Assembly (NCBI GenBank): GCA_054600435.1
Contig: BAAIJX010000049.1
Span: forward strand, 1 to 64,000
Direction of reading: 5' to 3'
Length of the DNA: 64,000 bases
DNA from: Neophaeotheca triangularis
Lineage: Eukaryota
The position numbers and the translations under genes were made by a program. The notes under the pieces were generated by a model. The model was not told the DNA's origin and ran no database searches. It saw nothing but the letters and a program-made list of their open reading frames with translations. This document shows, in pieces, positions 12,336-25,600 of this stretch. The stretch's first letter is position 1; each line of letters begins with the position of its first letter.

Positions 12336-13339
12336 GAGCTTCAGGGGCGGGAGAGGCTTCAAAAGCCGTGGAGAATTGTCGCCTTTCACGGCCGGTTCTC
12401 CGGGTGCTTGCCTTTGCCACTTTCGCTTCCGGCCGCACATACGGTTTTTTTTTTCTTCTTGTTGTTTTTACTACTACGACGACCGACTCCGACTCCGACG
12501 TTTGCGCGTCACGACCCGGCCTTTTTGCAAACTATACGTGGGTGATTTCTGAACAATGGAATCGGAATGGTTGGGATTATAATGGCTTGGGGCTTGCAAA
12601 GGGCTGTACCAATCCTATTTCAGAAAAAGAGGGAGAAAATGGGTTCTTGCGAATCGTTTTGCAAGACTGGGCAAGGGTGCCACGCCCGCTTTGTACCCTT
12701 CCATACCGAACTGACTCATGTTTCCCATGGCTTTCCGGGAGAGCCCAATGGAAGGGAAGGAAGGAACGGGTTCCGGGGTTATGGATAAGATAGGACGGGG
12801 TGGTAGGGCAAAAGAGAGAGAGGGAGAGAGAAAGTGACCGAAGGTCGGCTGGTCAGGCTATGCTAGGCTGGGTTATGTATGTAGTAGAGTAGCTTACAGT
12901 GCCCAGCTTAGTCGGTCTATCCCGCCCCCCTTGAATCGGGCCCGTCGTGTACTATTCATCATCCTCACCTCCGTCCCGACTCCTTCTCGCGCAACTCCGG
13001 TACATCAATCATGCTTTTCGTCGGTTTTTTTAGACCCCCCACCCCAAGCGTGGCCTTCCCCTGACCGACCGAATCATCCCAATCCACGGGTCCATAGTCC
13101 CTCCCTTGCGCTCCTCGCGGTTTTCACGGGCTCGGGGCATCTGACACGAGGGCGGGCCGCGGGGTCCTGGATACCGGCTGCCTTGGTCCAAGGGGATCCG
13201 ATAGCTTTGCCACGAGGCTTTGTGTGGTGATTGGGGGCGATTTTCCCCAGCTGCTATCGTCGAGGTTCTGGAGGACAAGGGGGGGGTTTGTTGTTTGGGA
13301 GGTTTCCGGCTGCGAGGAGATGAAGGGCCGTTGTCCGAG

Positions 13340-13430
13340 GTGTGTGTGTGTGTGTGTGTGTCCGTGGCCGTGGCTCGACTTGGCTTGGCTTACTGACTTG
13401 CCTGTCTATCTATCTATCTATCTATCTATA
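13340..13430. repeat. (GT)n and (TATC)n microsatellites
   Basis: Directly visible. Confidence 0.85.
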
Positions 13431-14394
13431 TACCTTTTGCTGGCGGAGGGAATGGTGTTTAGGGCGGCAAACTGCTTTTGTCGATTTCTCGCTGCGATGA
13501 TGGGGAGGTTGGAGACGGGGTGGCCGGTCATTCCTCCCCCCCCCCCCCGGCGGTTTGGGCGTGGAATTGCTAGCGAAGACCGTGGGGGTGTGCGTGCCTG
13601 TGCTGGGTGTGTACGGGTACCTCTCTCTCTCACCCTCCCTCTCTCTTTGGGAATGAGAGAAGACGTCTCACTAGCAGACGGAGACTTGCGCTAGCTTGAG
13701 AAGACATGTTGCAGTCAACCCTCTCCAACATGGTCGTGTCTCGAGGTCGACGCGGCTATGGTGTGTGTGCATGGTGAGTAGGTAGGGCGGTGGTTTTTCT
13801 TATGGGTCCTGTCGTTGGTGGAGTATCGTTGGGAGGAGGGGTTATAGCAGAGGACTCCATCTTGTCAGTTCAGCTAGTTTCGTGTCCGTCTTGGGAAGGT
13901 AGAAGGATGCGGCTAGTTTTCGTAAAGTCAGTCTCTCAGACAGAGGTGAGAGGTATTCTGACATGTGTTTGCTCGCTCTCGACCACGTGTAGAGAGAAGA
14001 GATTAACAGTCCGAGGTGATTTGCGGTAGTTAGTTGAGTATATACACATTATTATTCTACAATGGTTTCACAAAGTTCACGTGCTTGAGAGAGAGAGGAA
14101 GCGAGTCTTCTTCACGTGCTTCAAAACGGCAGCAAGCAAGTTGGACGCACTAGTAAGCTCAACGCGGTCGATGATTGGAAGTATTTTCATTATTATTGTC
14201 ACATGCTCTAGCTTATACTTTCACATGCAAGAGAACAAAACAAAACGCGGCCTCAGCTCCCGTCTCTCAACCAACCTGGGGACGTTTCTTGCCCTGGCCT
14301 GCCTGTTTGAACCTTGATAAACCCTGCGACGGGGTAGGTACGTACACTACGTATACAAGCCAATGCTCTCAACGTTCGTCAAGTCCCGTCTTGT

Positions 14395-14442
14395 CAAGAA
14401 GAAGAAGAAGAAGAAGAATCATAATAATAATAATAATAATTA
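14395..14442. repeat. Compound (AAG)n(ATA)n microsatellite
   Basis: Directly visible. Confidence 0.85.
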
Positions 14443-15089
14443 TCATGTCGATTGTGTGTCATGATGGATGTTCCTGTTGTTAAGGCCTACAACTGTATTC
14501 TATGCACCTTTCAACAATGCTGCTGTGGTAAGATACTAGGGCTCACCATGGCTAATCGTCTATCGGTCTACTATGTATGTGCCAAAGACGTGTAGTATAG
14601 CGCAATGGCGGTAGCAGGAAGCACGAGGACGGGACAGGGAAGGTTGAATGAGAATGAGATGAGATGAGGTGATTGGAAGATAACAAGATACGAAACAGAT
14701 ACTACTGCCCGTACCTCTCTATCACTGCTGCGCCGCATGGCTACATCTGCACCTGTACTGCCAGCACCGCGTTGTTGTACGGTACATGGGTAATAATGTA
14801 CCTACGAGGTAATCTGAGGTATTGCCAAGGAGTGACGTTCCTTGTGCCACTTTCACATGTGATTGAATGGATGGAATGCTCCAGTGAAAGTGCCCGCGCT
14901 GCATGTGCCTCAACCATTCTACCACCTTCCCTGTTCTGCCTGTCTACTACCTAGGTACTGCTACTACTACTACTACCACCACCTGCCTATCTGCGCTCCC
15001 TTCTTCTTTACTCACTCACTCACTCATCCAGAACACAACACCACCCACCACCACCATCACCACCACTCTACCTTCACAACACCGCAGCA

Positions 15090-15951
15090 ATGTAAGCTTC
15101 CACATCATCCACTACCCTTCTCTTCATCATGCTAACCCATACCTCCCTCAAGGCCCCACGCAACCAACAACATGCCCAACGGCGACCACGCCTCAAACGA
15201 CAACCCTACCACCCAATCCGCCTTCCTGAACAAACTTACCTCCTACCCCGTCGTCAACGATAGCATCCAAACCTACAAAACCAACCCCTACGGCGCCAAA
15301 TCCCTCGACCTGACCCAAAACATCTACAACCGCTTTGCCGCCCCACTCAAACCCCACCTTCAAACCCCTCTCTCCTACGCCCAGCCCTACGCCCAGCGCG
15401 CCGATAACCTTGGTGTCTCTGGTCTCGAGACGCTCGAATCCCACGCCCCCATCGTCAAGGAAGACACCGGCAGCCTCGTCGACAGGGCCAAGGGCCTGGT
15501 ATGGTTCCCCTTCCGCAAGACGGGCGAGGCCAAAGACTACGTCATGTCCACCTGGCAAAGCGAGTACGAGAAGACTGCCCGCTACAAGAACCGCGGCCCC
15601 GGCGTCACAACCTCAGTCATGGCCATCGTCTCCACTGAGCTAAAAGTCGCGAGCGATTTCTTCTCAGCCGTGGCCGACTGGTTGGGTCCCAAGTATGAGG
15701 AGGGCAAGGAGAACGCGAGCGAGATTGTCGACAAGGCGCAGAAAAAGGGCGAGCAATACGTCAAGGCTGGCCAGCAGACGGCTGAGGAGTGGAAGCAGGT
15801 TGGTCAGGACAAGGCTGCTGAGTATCAGAAGTATGGGAGGGAGAAGAAGGAGGAGGCTAAACAGGAGGCTGATGGCGCTGCCAAGGAAGCCGAGAAGAAG
15901 GGCGACGAGGTGCAGGGAGAGGTCAAGAAGAGGACTAATGCCAACAAGTGA
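15090..15951 (+). CDS. CAP20: CAP20/perilipin-like lipid-droplet protein; probable intron 15092-15152 splitting the start codon
   Basis: SAFLNKLTSYPVVNDSIQTYKTNPYGAKSL...PYAQRADNLG...APIVKEDT is typical of the Cap20/Mpl1 family. C-terminal charged helical repeats. Confidence 0.85.
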
Positions 15952-16389
15952 GCGTCCGACATAGTTTCGAGGCTCGACGTCGTTGCTTTACAGTGAGCGA
16001 AGATGGTTTCAACGGTACGAATCGGGGTTTGCCGTGAAGCTTTCGCAACCACTGCCGCCACTGCTGCTGCTCCCGCTTGTTTTTGATTGATACCACGGCG
16101 ATTGGTGTTTCAAGGGCGATTTCGTTTCTTTCCTTTAAAATTCCGACATAGCACGGTTATAGAATTATCTCTCAAATGGATGCTACATGCAAAGAACTCG
16201 AGCCGGTTGGTCGAAGAGTCGCACGTACCATCTATCACTATCAGTATCTTTCTCTCTTCCCTCTCATTCATGCCGTCGCTTTCCGTTCTACTACGGTCTT
16301 CTCACCAGGAGGTCACCCTTGCTTCTACGAACCCATCTCCTTTCCCCTCGTCCTTTTCATCACTACCTCCGCTGCTAGTCCATCCTAAC

Positions 16390-16980
16390 AACTCTCACCC
16401 TTACCCTTATCAACCAAGTCTATCCCCTCTCATTCTCCCCGCTAAGTTCACTCTCTTCCTCTCACCCTTATCAACCAGTCTTAATGCCTCTCATTCTCCC
16501 CGCTAACTTCACTCTCTTCCTCTCACCATTACCCTCCCATTTCCGCTAAGTTACAGGCTCCCAGTCCGCTCGTGAACGGTGGATATCGCTCTTCTCACTA
16601 ACACTAGCTCCGACTCGCCTTCTTTGGAAATCCCGCCCCCTTTTTTTCACATCTGCACACTTACTCATTTACGCCTATGAGTGTTTCCCCCGTCACGCAC
16701 TTTTTAACTTTTGCTCTATATGTTTATTTCGTACTCTACTAATTATTCTGTTCTACCTTGTCCAGCTACTCTTTTATTCTATCTATCTATCCTTTACCTT
16801 ACTACTCTTCTATTCTATATACCCGTCCCTTACCCTACTACCCTTCTATTCTATATACCTATGCCTTGTCCAGCTACTCTTTTATTCTATCTATCCATCC
16901 CTTACCCTACTACTCTTCTATTCTATATACCTATCCCTTACCCTCCTACCCTTCCATCCTCATCTCCCTCCTCCTCCTAG
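16390..16980. repeat. Pyrimidine-rich tandem-repeat island (about 61-bp duplication, then about six 36-bp units with 108-bp higher order)
   Basis: The 36-bp unit translates as PYPTTLLFYIPI-like repeats. The island is TpA-rich and G-poor on +. Confidence 0.75.
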
Positions 16981-17522
16981 CCGTGATCCTCTCCCTTTAC
17001 AGTTCGAACGCTATTACATGAAAACGAGGCCGGACTACTAGTAGAGTAGAGTAGAGCAGGCTAGGAAGGAAAAGGAGAGACTACGACTAAAACCTGCCAC
17101 TTTTTTATAATCTCACGCCCCCTGACCATCGTAGACTTCCGACTATAGCGTAACGAACAAGACACCGTGTCAGTATTTGTACCTCAACCGTAATCACTAG
17201 CCTACGTAAGCAGCTGTAAGCTTTTCTTTCTTTCTTTTTTCAATAGGCTGTCTAGCTGGTGGGTGGAAGCGTAAAGCCGCTTTTTTTTTTTTTATAAAAA
17301 ATGGTAAAGTACTACTGGGGCTTTTTCGAAGCGGAAACCCATCTAGCTAGCACTTCCACACTTGAAACAGACAAAAAGGAAAAAGTTGAAAAAAAGGAGG
17401 GAGGAAGGAAGAAAATAGCAAACTGGGAAGTGGATCTCAGGTGCATTCTACACGGTAAAAGCAAAGCAACAGCCCAACCCACATACACAATCGCCTTTAA
17501 ACCCCCCCCCCTCCCCATTCCC

Positions 17523-18916
17523 TCAAATCAACGGCTCCGCTGCCCCCACTACCATCGGCGGCAACATACCCAACCGCGCCAACTCCCCATACGCCTGGAA
17601 CAAACTCTCCCGCGTATCCACAAACCCCGTCCACCCAAAATACCTCGCCTTGTTCATACTCAGCACCGTTCCCAACCCCCAAGCCGCCGCATCGCCGAAG
17701 ACAAAATGCTCCTCGGGCGCCTCGAAAGGATCGTGAGTCAAGCCGTGGTTTTGCATCAACTCCCGCCACGCCGCGTGGTTTTCTTCCCTCTCCGCCCACG
17801 CCGATAGCGTCCAGTGGAAACGCGTCTTGGCCGGGGGGCCGTACCCCAGCGGCGTCGGGGTGTCCGGCGGAGGCGCGAGAGTTGTGATTTTCGCTTCGTC
17901 GAGCTCCGGGCCTTCGGAACCGGGTGTGCCGTACCACCGGGCTAGTTCCGGCCAGAGGCGGTTTCGGGGCAGCGGGGACGAGTCGCTGGCGTTGAATTTT
18001 TGGTTCGCGCACGCCGCCGTTAGCACTGCCCATTCCGAGAGGTGGCCGGTTAGTTTGGCTGTCGAGTGCTCCGATAAGGCTTGCCAGGCTTCCAGCGTGC
18101 CGGGGTAGGCTAGGGGTTGGTTTTTGTGCGCTTGCACGGCTGCGTACACGGCTAGTGGGTGTAGGGCGTTCATTGCTGCGTTGGTCGTTGCTCCGATGAT
18201 CCAGGCTGGCATTATGATGTTCCAGTCGGTTGAGCGGGCTTCGCAGTAGGCGTAGAGAAGAGACTGCTGCGGATAGTAGAAGTTTTGCCACGCCGGATCA
18301 TCGCGTTCGACAGGAGGGTCCGACTCTGTGCAAGGCGTTCGAACAGGGCCCAAGTGAACACCGTAATTCTTGGCGCCAGTCTGAAGCAAAAAGCGCTTGG
18401 GCTCGATATTGGCCTTTGGCAGCGCTTCGAGAAAGTTGCGCAAGAGAGCAGCTGCGTCAAGAAGATCAGCAAAACCGAAAGACCCCTTCCAGCGCCTCGG
18501 GCGAACTCACAATTCACCTCCACCAACTCTTTGGCATTACTCCAAGCACCCGCGCCGGGTTTTGGCTTCGGCTGCGCGTAACTATAGAAAAACACATAAT
18601 CCGCCACGACCCCCGTCTCTGTCAAAACGCGCGCAATCTCCTCCGGGTTTTCCAAAAAATCCAGAGCCACGTGCTCGACCCTCTCGCGCTGCTCGGCGGT
18701 GAGAAGGTCCATCATTTCGGCTGGCGGCGGGCGGCGAGAGGCCGCCCAGACTTTGGTCCAGCGCGAGGGGCTCTCGAGGAGCACGCGCATTGTGTGGAAG
18801 CCGGAGATGCCATTGGCGCCGGTCACGATGGCGGTGAGGTTGTTGAGGGAAGGGGGGTAGGTGGGGAGGGATTTGTAGATGCCTTTGTCTTGGATTTGGC
18901 GGGGGGTGGTGGCCAT
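17523..18916 (-). CDS. PRISE/SirQ-like NAD(P)-dependent reductase (atypical SDR); intron 18510-18452
   Basis: Motifs AIVTGANGISG, SRRPP, VFFYSY, NSALLRNFLEAL, LLQTGAKNYGVHLG, NFYYPQ, KARYFGWTGFVDT. Confidence 0.88.
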
Positions 18917-18995
18917 GGTTTGGTTGGGTGAAGGGGTTGGTGGGTTGAGGGAGTGGAAGAGAGGTGGGTGAATTTCCTACCTTGGGTTTTGTTTT

Positions 18996-19044
18996 GTCGA
19001 GGTCGAGGTCGAGGTCGAGGTCGAGGTCGAGGTCGAGGTCGAGG
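18996..19044. repeat. (GGTCGA)n hexanucleotide microsatellite
   Basis: About 8 copies upstream of the PRISE gene. Confidence 0.9.
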
Positions 19045-19678
19045 GATTCTTGATTATTAATTTTGCTGATGAATTGTTTGCTCATGATCGACCCTCGGGT
19101 CGAGCATGTCCACGTCCAAGGGGCGGGGCGGGTTGGGCGGGGTAGAGTTGTTCTGACCCATTCTTCTCTACGTCTCTGCAGCTGACATTCTGTCAGGCGT
19201 TATTGAGCATGCTCTCGGCGAAAGTGGACAAGATATTTGCGTCCACAACGTGCGCGCCAGAAGCCGCACAGGCAACGTGAAGAGATGAAGTCAATGGTCA
19301 ATCAAGCTGTTGGAGACAAACAAGACGCTCGGAGCACCTTGGAATCTGAACATGGCCGAAACAAGGACCTTCTATATCTTATGGGGAAAGAATATCTTGA
19401 CTGAGACGAAAGAGGCTCGTAAGCAGAGACGGTAAGTATTTCTACGTACGGCATGAAGCCGGCGTATAGTGCAACTGAAAACATAACCAGCAAGCAAAAC
19501 ACGAGAGAGTATTCATAATCCAAGACCAGCACCAACCATACCCATCATATCCATCCCCCGAAACACCTCCCAACCCTTCGGAAAAAGTGCAAAATCTCAT
19601 AAATCACCGATTCAACCCAACCATTCCCCATCACCCCTCCCTGAACCTCTCATCCAACCCCCCATGCACACTCATCAC

Positions 19679-22600
19679 TCACTTGAAATAGTCACCCTCA
19701 CTCCCCGCGCCCCCAACCTGCGCCGTCGGCAAATCGGCTCCAAGTCCACTATCACTGGGCGGAGCAAAAAGCCGTTTCTCCTCGCTGACAGGAGACATAA
19801 CACCAGCATCCGCAACCGGATCGCCACCAGGCGCCGCCTCCAGCTTTAAAGGTTCCGTCTTGCCTTCCCCTTCTTCTTCCTGCTCCCCGCGGTGCGAACT
19901 AGTAGGTCGCGACCCGGGTCCCGTCGACATTGCGTCCTCAGAGCGCGCAGGCTCGGAGGAGCCGCCGCGTTGTTGTTCGAGCGACGAAGGCGCGCCGAGA
20001 GTGCCGTTGATGGTACTGCCGAGGCTGGTGCGGCGGTCGGTTTCGGAGCCCGTCATGTAGCTGCCTGTGCCGTAGCTGCCTGTTCCGTATGAGAGGTCGC
20101 TCGGCCCGTAGCTGAAACGGCGGTCGTCGGTGCCCGGTGTAATGCCGTCGTTGGTTATGTAGCTGCCTGTACCATAGGTGAGAGTTGTGCCGGTGGCCGA
20201 GGGAGCGTACGAGGTGCGGCGCTCGCTGCCTTCTTCGTTGAAGCCTTCGGCTTCCTCCGAGATGTTGTCGTTTTCTTTGTTTTCGGATGGAGGTTGGCGG
20301 GACATGTTGGTACTCAGGTCGCGGCGCTGCTTGCCCCACGAAGGTTTGCGGCCAACGTTCTGCGTGCGCACTGAGTGGCTGCGCTTCATGCTCATGGGCT
20401 GGCTGTTAGCCGTAGCCGATAAGCCGCGGGGTGCGAGCGAGGAGAAGGCCGAGGCGCCTGTAGGGACGTTGTTGTTTATCTGGCTCAGAGACATGATGCG
20501 ACGCTCTGCGGTGTTGGCCGCACCTTTGGTGGAGTTGGGCGCCGCGCGGTTGAGCGGTGGGCGGGATTTCATGAGCGCGTTGTGGTTGGCTTTGAGACCG
20601 GGCACGGAGGAGGTGACAGTTTGGGCGGATTGGGCGGAAGCATCGGAGGGGAGGCGCAAATCGCGGGCTTTGGATTTCTTAGGCGACTGAGGGGCTGCCT
20701 TGTTGTTCTTTTGAAGCAAGAGCGTGCGCGACTGATTCATGACACCTTCGAGCATTCGGCGTTCGATGGCTTCAGCCTTGGAGTCCATGGCGTGCAATTC
20801 GTCGCGACGTATGTGCAGTGCGGTCTCCAGAGCCGAAACATCGGACCTCAGGCCCATCTTCTCGGCAGCCATGGCCTCACGTTCAGCCCTGAGAGCCTCG
20901 ACAGCAGTGCGAAGAGAGTCCTTTTCAGCGTTGAGGCTGGTGATGTCGGACTCAATGGCATCCTTCTGCACCATGCGGCGTTCAAGCAGGAGAGCGACCT
21001 CTTCGGCCTCTCTCTCTTTGCTCTCATGGTCGGCAGTAATTTGTTTGGCCTGCATGGCCACGAAAGCAGAAACTTCAGCCGCGGTTGCCATGACCTTTTC
21101 ATGGATTTGATCGAGGCGCTCTAGCTGCGTCGAAGACTCCTTAGCCTCTTCGGCATGAGACATGAGCTTGTCCAGCTTCTCGTGAACAGGAGCATCGTCG
21201 TACTTCTCCGGCGCAGGGGGAGTCTCTGTCGTCGGCGGCATAAGCGCAGGAAGGGCGGAAAAGCCAGTCTTCATCTCCTCTCGCACACCATCAGTCTGCG
21301 TCTTGCTTTCCTCGGCAATCCCACGGACCTGGTCCTGCAGCTCCTTGACCGCCTGGGCGTGCTCAGCAGCTTGCTCGGACGCCTTTTGGGAGTGCTCAAA
21401 GTGCTGTCCCACAAGCGCCTGCACTTCCTTCAGCGTCATCATGAAGCGTGGATTATGCTCCGTCATGTCACTCTGCACGCCATCAACAGCACCGAGGATC
21501 TTGACAATCTCCTCTCGCGTGACCGTATGCTCGTACTTGAGGCCATCCTGAGTCTCCTCAAGTTTGCTGTACGTGTCCTCCACGCGGTTGAAGACAGTCT
21601 TGGATTCTTCGGTCAACTTCTCCATATTATCGGGGAAAGTCGCGGTAAAAGTCGTCAGCGCGGTACCAAGCGTGTCGATGGAAATCTTGAGCTCGTCGGC
21701 CATGGACTTGGTGTCGTCGAGCAGAGTCTGCTGTTGCGTAGCCTTCTCTTCCATGACCTTGGCCTTCTCTTCAGCAGCGTGCTGGGCGTCGTCGTACTTG
21801 GACATGAGACCGTCGAAGAGGGTATCGAGCTTTTCACCTAGCTCAGTGACGACAGCACCCTTGTGCTCTGCCTGCTTCTCAAGCGCAGCAGAAGACTTCT
21901 CTTCAGTGTCTGTCTTGATAGCCTCGATCGATCCATGGGCACGCTCAAACTCGCTCGCAAGCGTCTCAGCGATGGCCTTGATCTCAGCTGTGACAGCCTC
22001 ATTGCTCGTCTTCTCCTCAAGACCTTTGATAGTTTCCCCGAGCGTATCGACTCCAGACTCGCCCTCGGCAAGTTTGGCCAGAAGTTCAGTCTTGACCGAC
22101 TCGAGCATCTCTTTGACCTCGCCAATTTGCTCGACAGTAGCCTCGTGCTCCTTGGCGCGGTCATCAAAAGCCTTCGCAGTGACGCCGATATCCGTCTCGT
22201 AGCTGTCTTTCATCTTGTCGTGGCTCTCGCGGAAGTCGTCAATAAGACCTTGCAGCTGTTCGATATCTGCTTTGGAAGGCGCCTCGCCCGGGTCCGGAAG
22301 GTTGAGCTCTTCAATCTTGGTCTTGATGTCGGTACAAAGAACACCAAGTACATCGAGATCAGCTTTGGTCATCTGCTTGCCCTCGTCCTCCTCAGAAGGC
22401 GGCGCTGGCATCTTCTCCTTCAGCTCATCGAGAGCATCCTTGACCTCCTGTGCCAAGACCTCGACGACGGCGACGTCCGCTTTGGCAGCCGTGGTGTTTT
22501 CGAGCTTCTCAGCGAGGCCTTCGACAGCCTCGTTGGTCACGCGCACAACAGCTTCAACGGCGTCGAGGTGTTCTTTGGAAACAGCAGTAGCGGCATCAGG

Positions 22601-25600
22601 CAATGCCATCTCATCGAGCTGTGCCTTGGTGTTGCGAAGAAGCGTCTCTAGAGCATCGGTGTCTTCCTTGCGAGCTGCACCTTCGGGGGCGTTGGTGTCC
22701 CTGCCAGCGACCTCTTTGACGCTATCCTGAATCTGGCCAAGGACGACCGTCATGGCGACAAGGTCCTCCTTCATTTCGATACCTTCGGCGGGGGCGCTGG
22801 ACTGTTGCGAAGCAGGCAAGTCCTGCACAGTGGCATCCATGGCCTCGACCTTGATCTGCAGCTGGGCCAGTAGAACTTCGACTTTCTCGAGGTCGCTGCG
22901 CTTGAGGCTGTCCGGCGCAGCCGCAGTAGCAGCTGCAGGGGCGTCGTCTCCAGCTGGTGCTTCCTTCGCATCACCAGTCTCGGCACCCTCGGCGAGAACA
23001 ATCTCACCACCCCGGGAAGACTCAGGTTTCTCGGCGCCTTGCAACTTTTCCATCTCCGACCTCAAGCTTGACAAACCCTCCTTGAGCGTATCCAAGATCT
23101 CGTAGTTTACAGTCATATCCAGCGGCTTGTCGAGAGTCTTGACGACATCGGAGCGCAAGTTCTCCAAGCCCTCATTCAGCGCGTCCAGAACCTCATTGTG
23201 GTGGCCCATCGATCTCTCAGGATCGTCGACCTTTTTAGCAAAGTCAGAGCGCAGGTCGTCCATACCTAAGCGAACAGCATCAAGCAATTCGTCGTTGGAG
23301 CCGGGGTTTCCGCCAACCACGCTGTTGCCGAGGGAGGTGCGCAAGTTCTCAAATTCGCCACGGATCGCCTCCAGCTGATCGTCTGTGATACCGTTGCCGG
23401 AACGTTGAGCGATGGCCTCTTTGATCTCTTCGAGACCTTTGCTGAGGGAGGCGAGCGAGTCGTCGTCTAGAGCTTTTGAAGACTCGGCTCCGGCAGGCGC
23501 AACGAGGGAGCTACCCATGGACTCTTTGAAACGCTCGAGCTCTTCCTTGATTGCGCCTAGAGATTCGGCCGAAGCGTCGCTTTGGTCGGCTGAGAGCTGG
23601 GTGCGGAGGTCATCGATCGTTTGACGCACAGCGGCGATTATGCCGTCCTGCTCTCCATCGGTCATTGGGCTTTTGTTGATACCCTCCTTCAGCAGGGCGA
23701 ACTCTTCGCGCATAGCGGTAAGTATCTCGTCATGGTTCCCGCCGGCAATTGAACCTCCATCGGTACCGTTCAACTTGGAATGAAGAGCACCCATGCTGTC
23801 TTGGATGGTCTCCATGATCTCGTTCTTGTCTGCGTTGCTGGTGTTCAAGACGGAAGCTTTTAGCTGTTCGAATTCCTCCTTCATAGCTTCCAGCATCTCC
23901 TCGGTGCGCTCGTCTTCTTCGTCGCTGCTTTTAGCACCGTCGCGCGACTTGAGGTTCTCCAGAGCTTCCTTGATGTAGAGTATGGCTGCGGCAGTGGTTG
24001 CAGCCGAGGGAGAGGAAGATTCGTTGCCAGCTTCATGTGGCGCACCGCCATCGCGTTCTGCAACAGCCGCATGAAGGTGTTCGAACTCGGCTTTGATGTA
24101 GTCGAGCATTTCGCTCTTTCCACCTTCGGGACCGTGCGCAACATAGCCTTGAACATCGGCTCTCAATTGCTCAAGACCGCCTTTCACAGTGTCAACGATC
24201 TCGTCCTTTCCGGTGACATCCTGTGCTCGGTCGACGTAGCTCTCGATCTCCGCTCTGAGAGTCTCGAGTCCATCTTTGACCGTGTCCAGAACTTGTTCGG
24301 TGTCTCTGCCATTGGCGGCGGAGTACTCCTTGAACTCGACGCGCATGCCATCAATAAGCTCTTTGAGCTGCGACAGCACTTGTTCGCCGAGACCACCAAA
24401 GGGTACCGATGAGCCGTCAAGGGAAGCTTTCACAGCATCGAAGAGGTCGTCGCGACTAATTTCAAGCTCACGAGGGGCATTGGGCCCGTGGTTAGCAAGG
24501 CCCTCCTTGACGGCTTCAACCATTGCCGCGCGGGTGGCCTCCTCGTCCATCGAAGCTCCCTTTGCGGTCTCCGGCTTGAAGTCCGCCAGTGCTTCGCGCA
24601 CACCTGAAAGCAGTTCCTCCTTCATGCCAGTCGTGAGGTCGGCTTTGGAGTAGGGCTGGAAGTCCTTGAGGGCTTGTTGCATGACTTCATACACTTCAGC
24701 CTTGTCAACGCTGACCGGTCCTGGCTCTGCTTTGTTGCTGACATGCTCTTCCAAACCCTCCTTGAGAACAGTCAGGATCTCGTCACGTTCCAGGCCGTAT
24801 TGCTGAAGTTCGATGTTTGGCTCGAAGTCCTTGAGGCCTTCTTGTACAGCCTCGAGGATGCCATTCCTGTCGATGTTGACGTTCTCGGTGTCTGGCTCGC
24901 GTTTGACAAGGCTGTCTCCGTGCTCGGCGAGGGCGTGCTTGACCATTGCAAAGATCTCGTCACTGCTTGGGCCAGAGTTTGCTACGGCAACCTGACGAAA
25001 AGCGTTGTCATCCTGCTCGGCGCGTTGCTGCATCACTGTGTTGAGGTGCTGTTTCAGCTCACCCATACTCTCTTCGACAATCTGCTGGACGTCTTCCGGG
25101 CTTATTTTGTTCTGGCCCTCCTCAATGGATCGATCCAGAGTACTGGTGAGTTGAGTTTCGCCTATTTGGTCGAGTTTTTGGCCCAGCTCTCTACCCATTC
25201 CCAGGATTTCACCTCGAAGATCGTGCACCTTACCCTTGACTTCAGAGGTCATGCCTCCATTCGTCGAGACCGAGTCCTTGATGCGCTGGAGGATCTTCAT
25301 GACTTCATCGGTCAACGGTACGCCTTTCTTGTGCTCCTCCTTCAATGCTGCTCCTCGAGCTGCAGCGACCGCATTCGGATTGTCGAAATCGAGCTCCAGT
25401 TTGGGAGGCCCGCCGTCTGCGCTTTGGACGGGCACGAGCGCGCTGCACTGAGATTTCTCCTTGATGAAGTCCGCCAGCTCTTCCACCTTCTTCGTAGCAT
25501 CGCTGTTGTCTTTGCTGCTCTTTTCCATGAGTTCACTGAGGGTGCTCAAAAGCCGCTCCTGCCCTTCTTTGGTGACCATTTCCCGGATGATTTTTTCAAG

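Noticed and set aside
12930..14030. Possible spliced minus-strand gene among the microsatellites
   Set aside because: Splice-like signals exist, but no consistent ORF or recognisable protein could be assembled.
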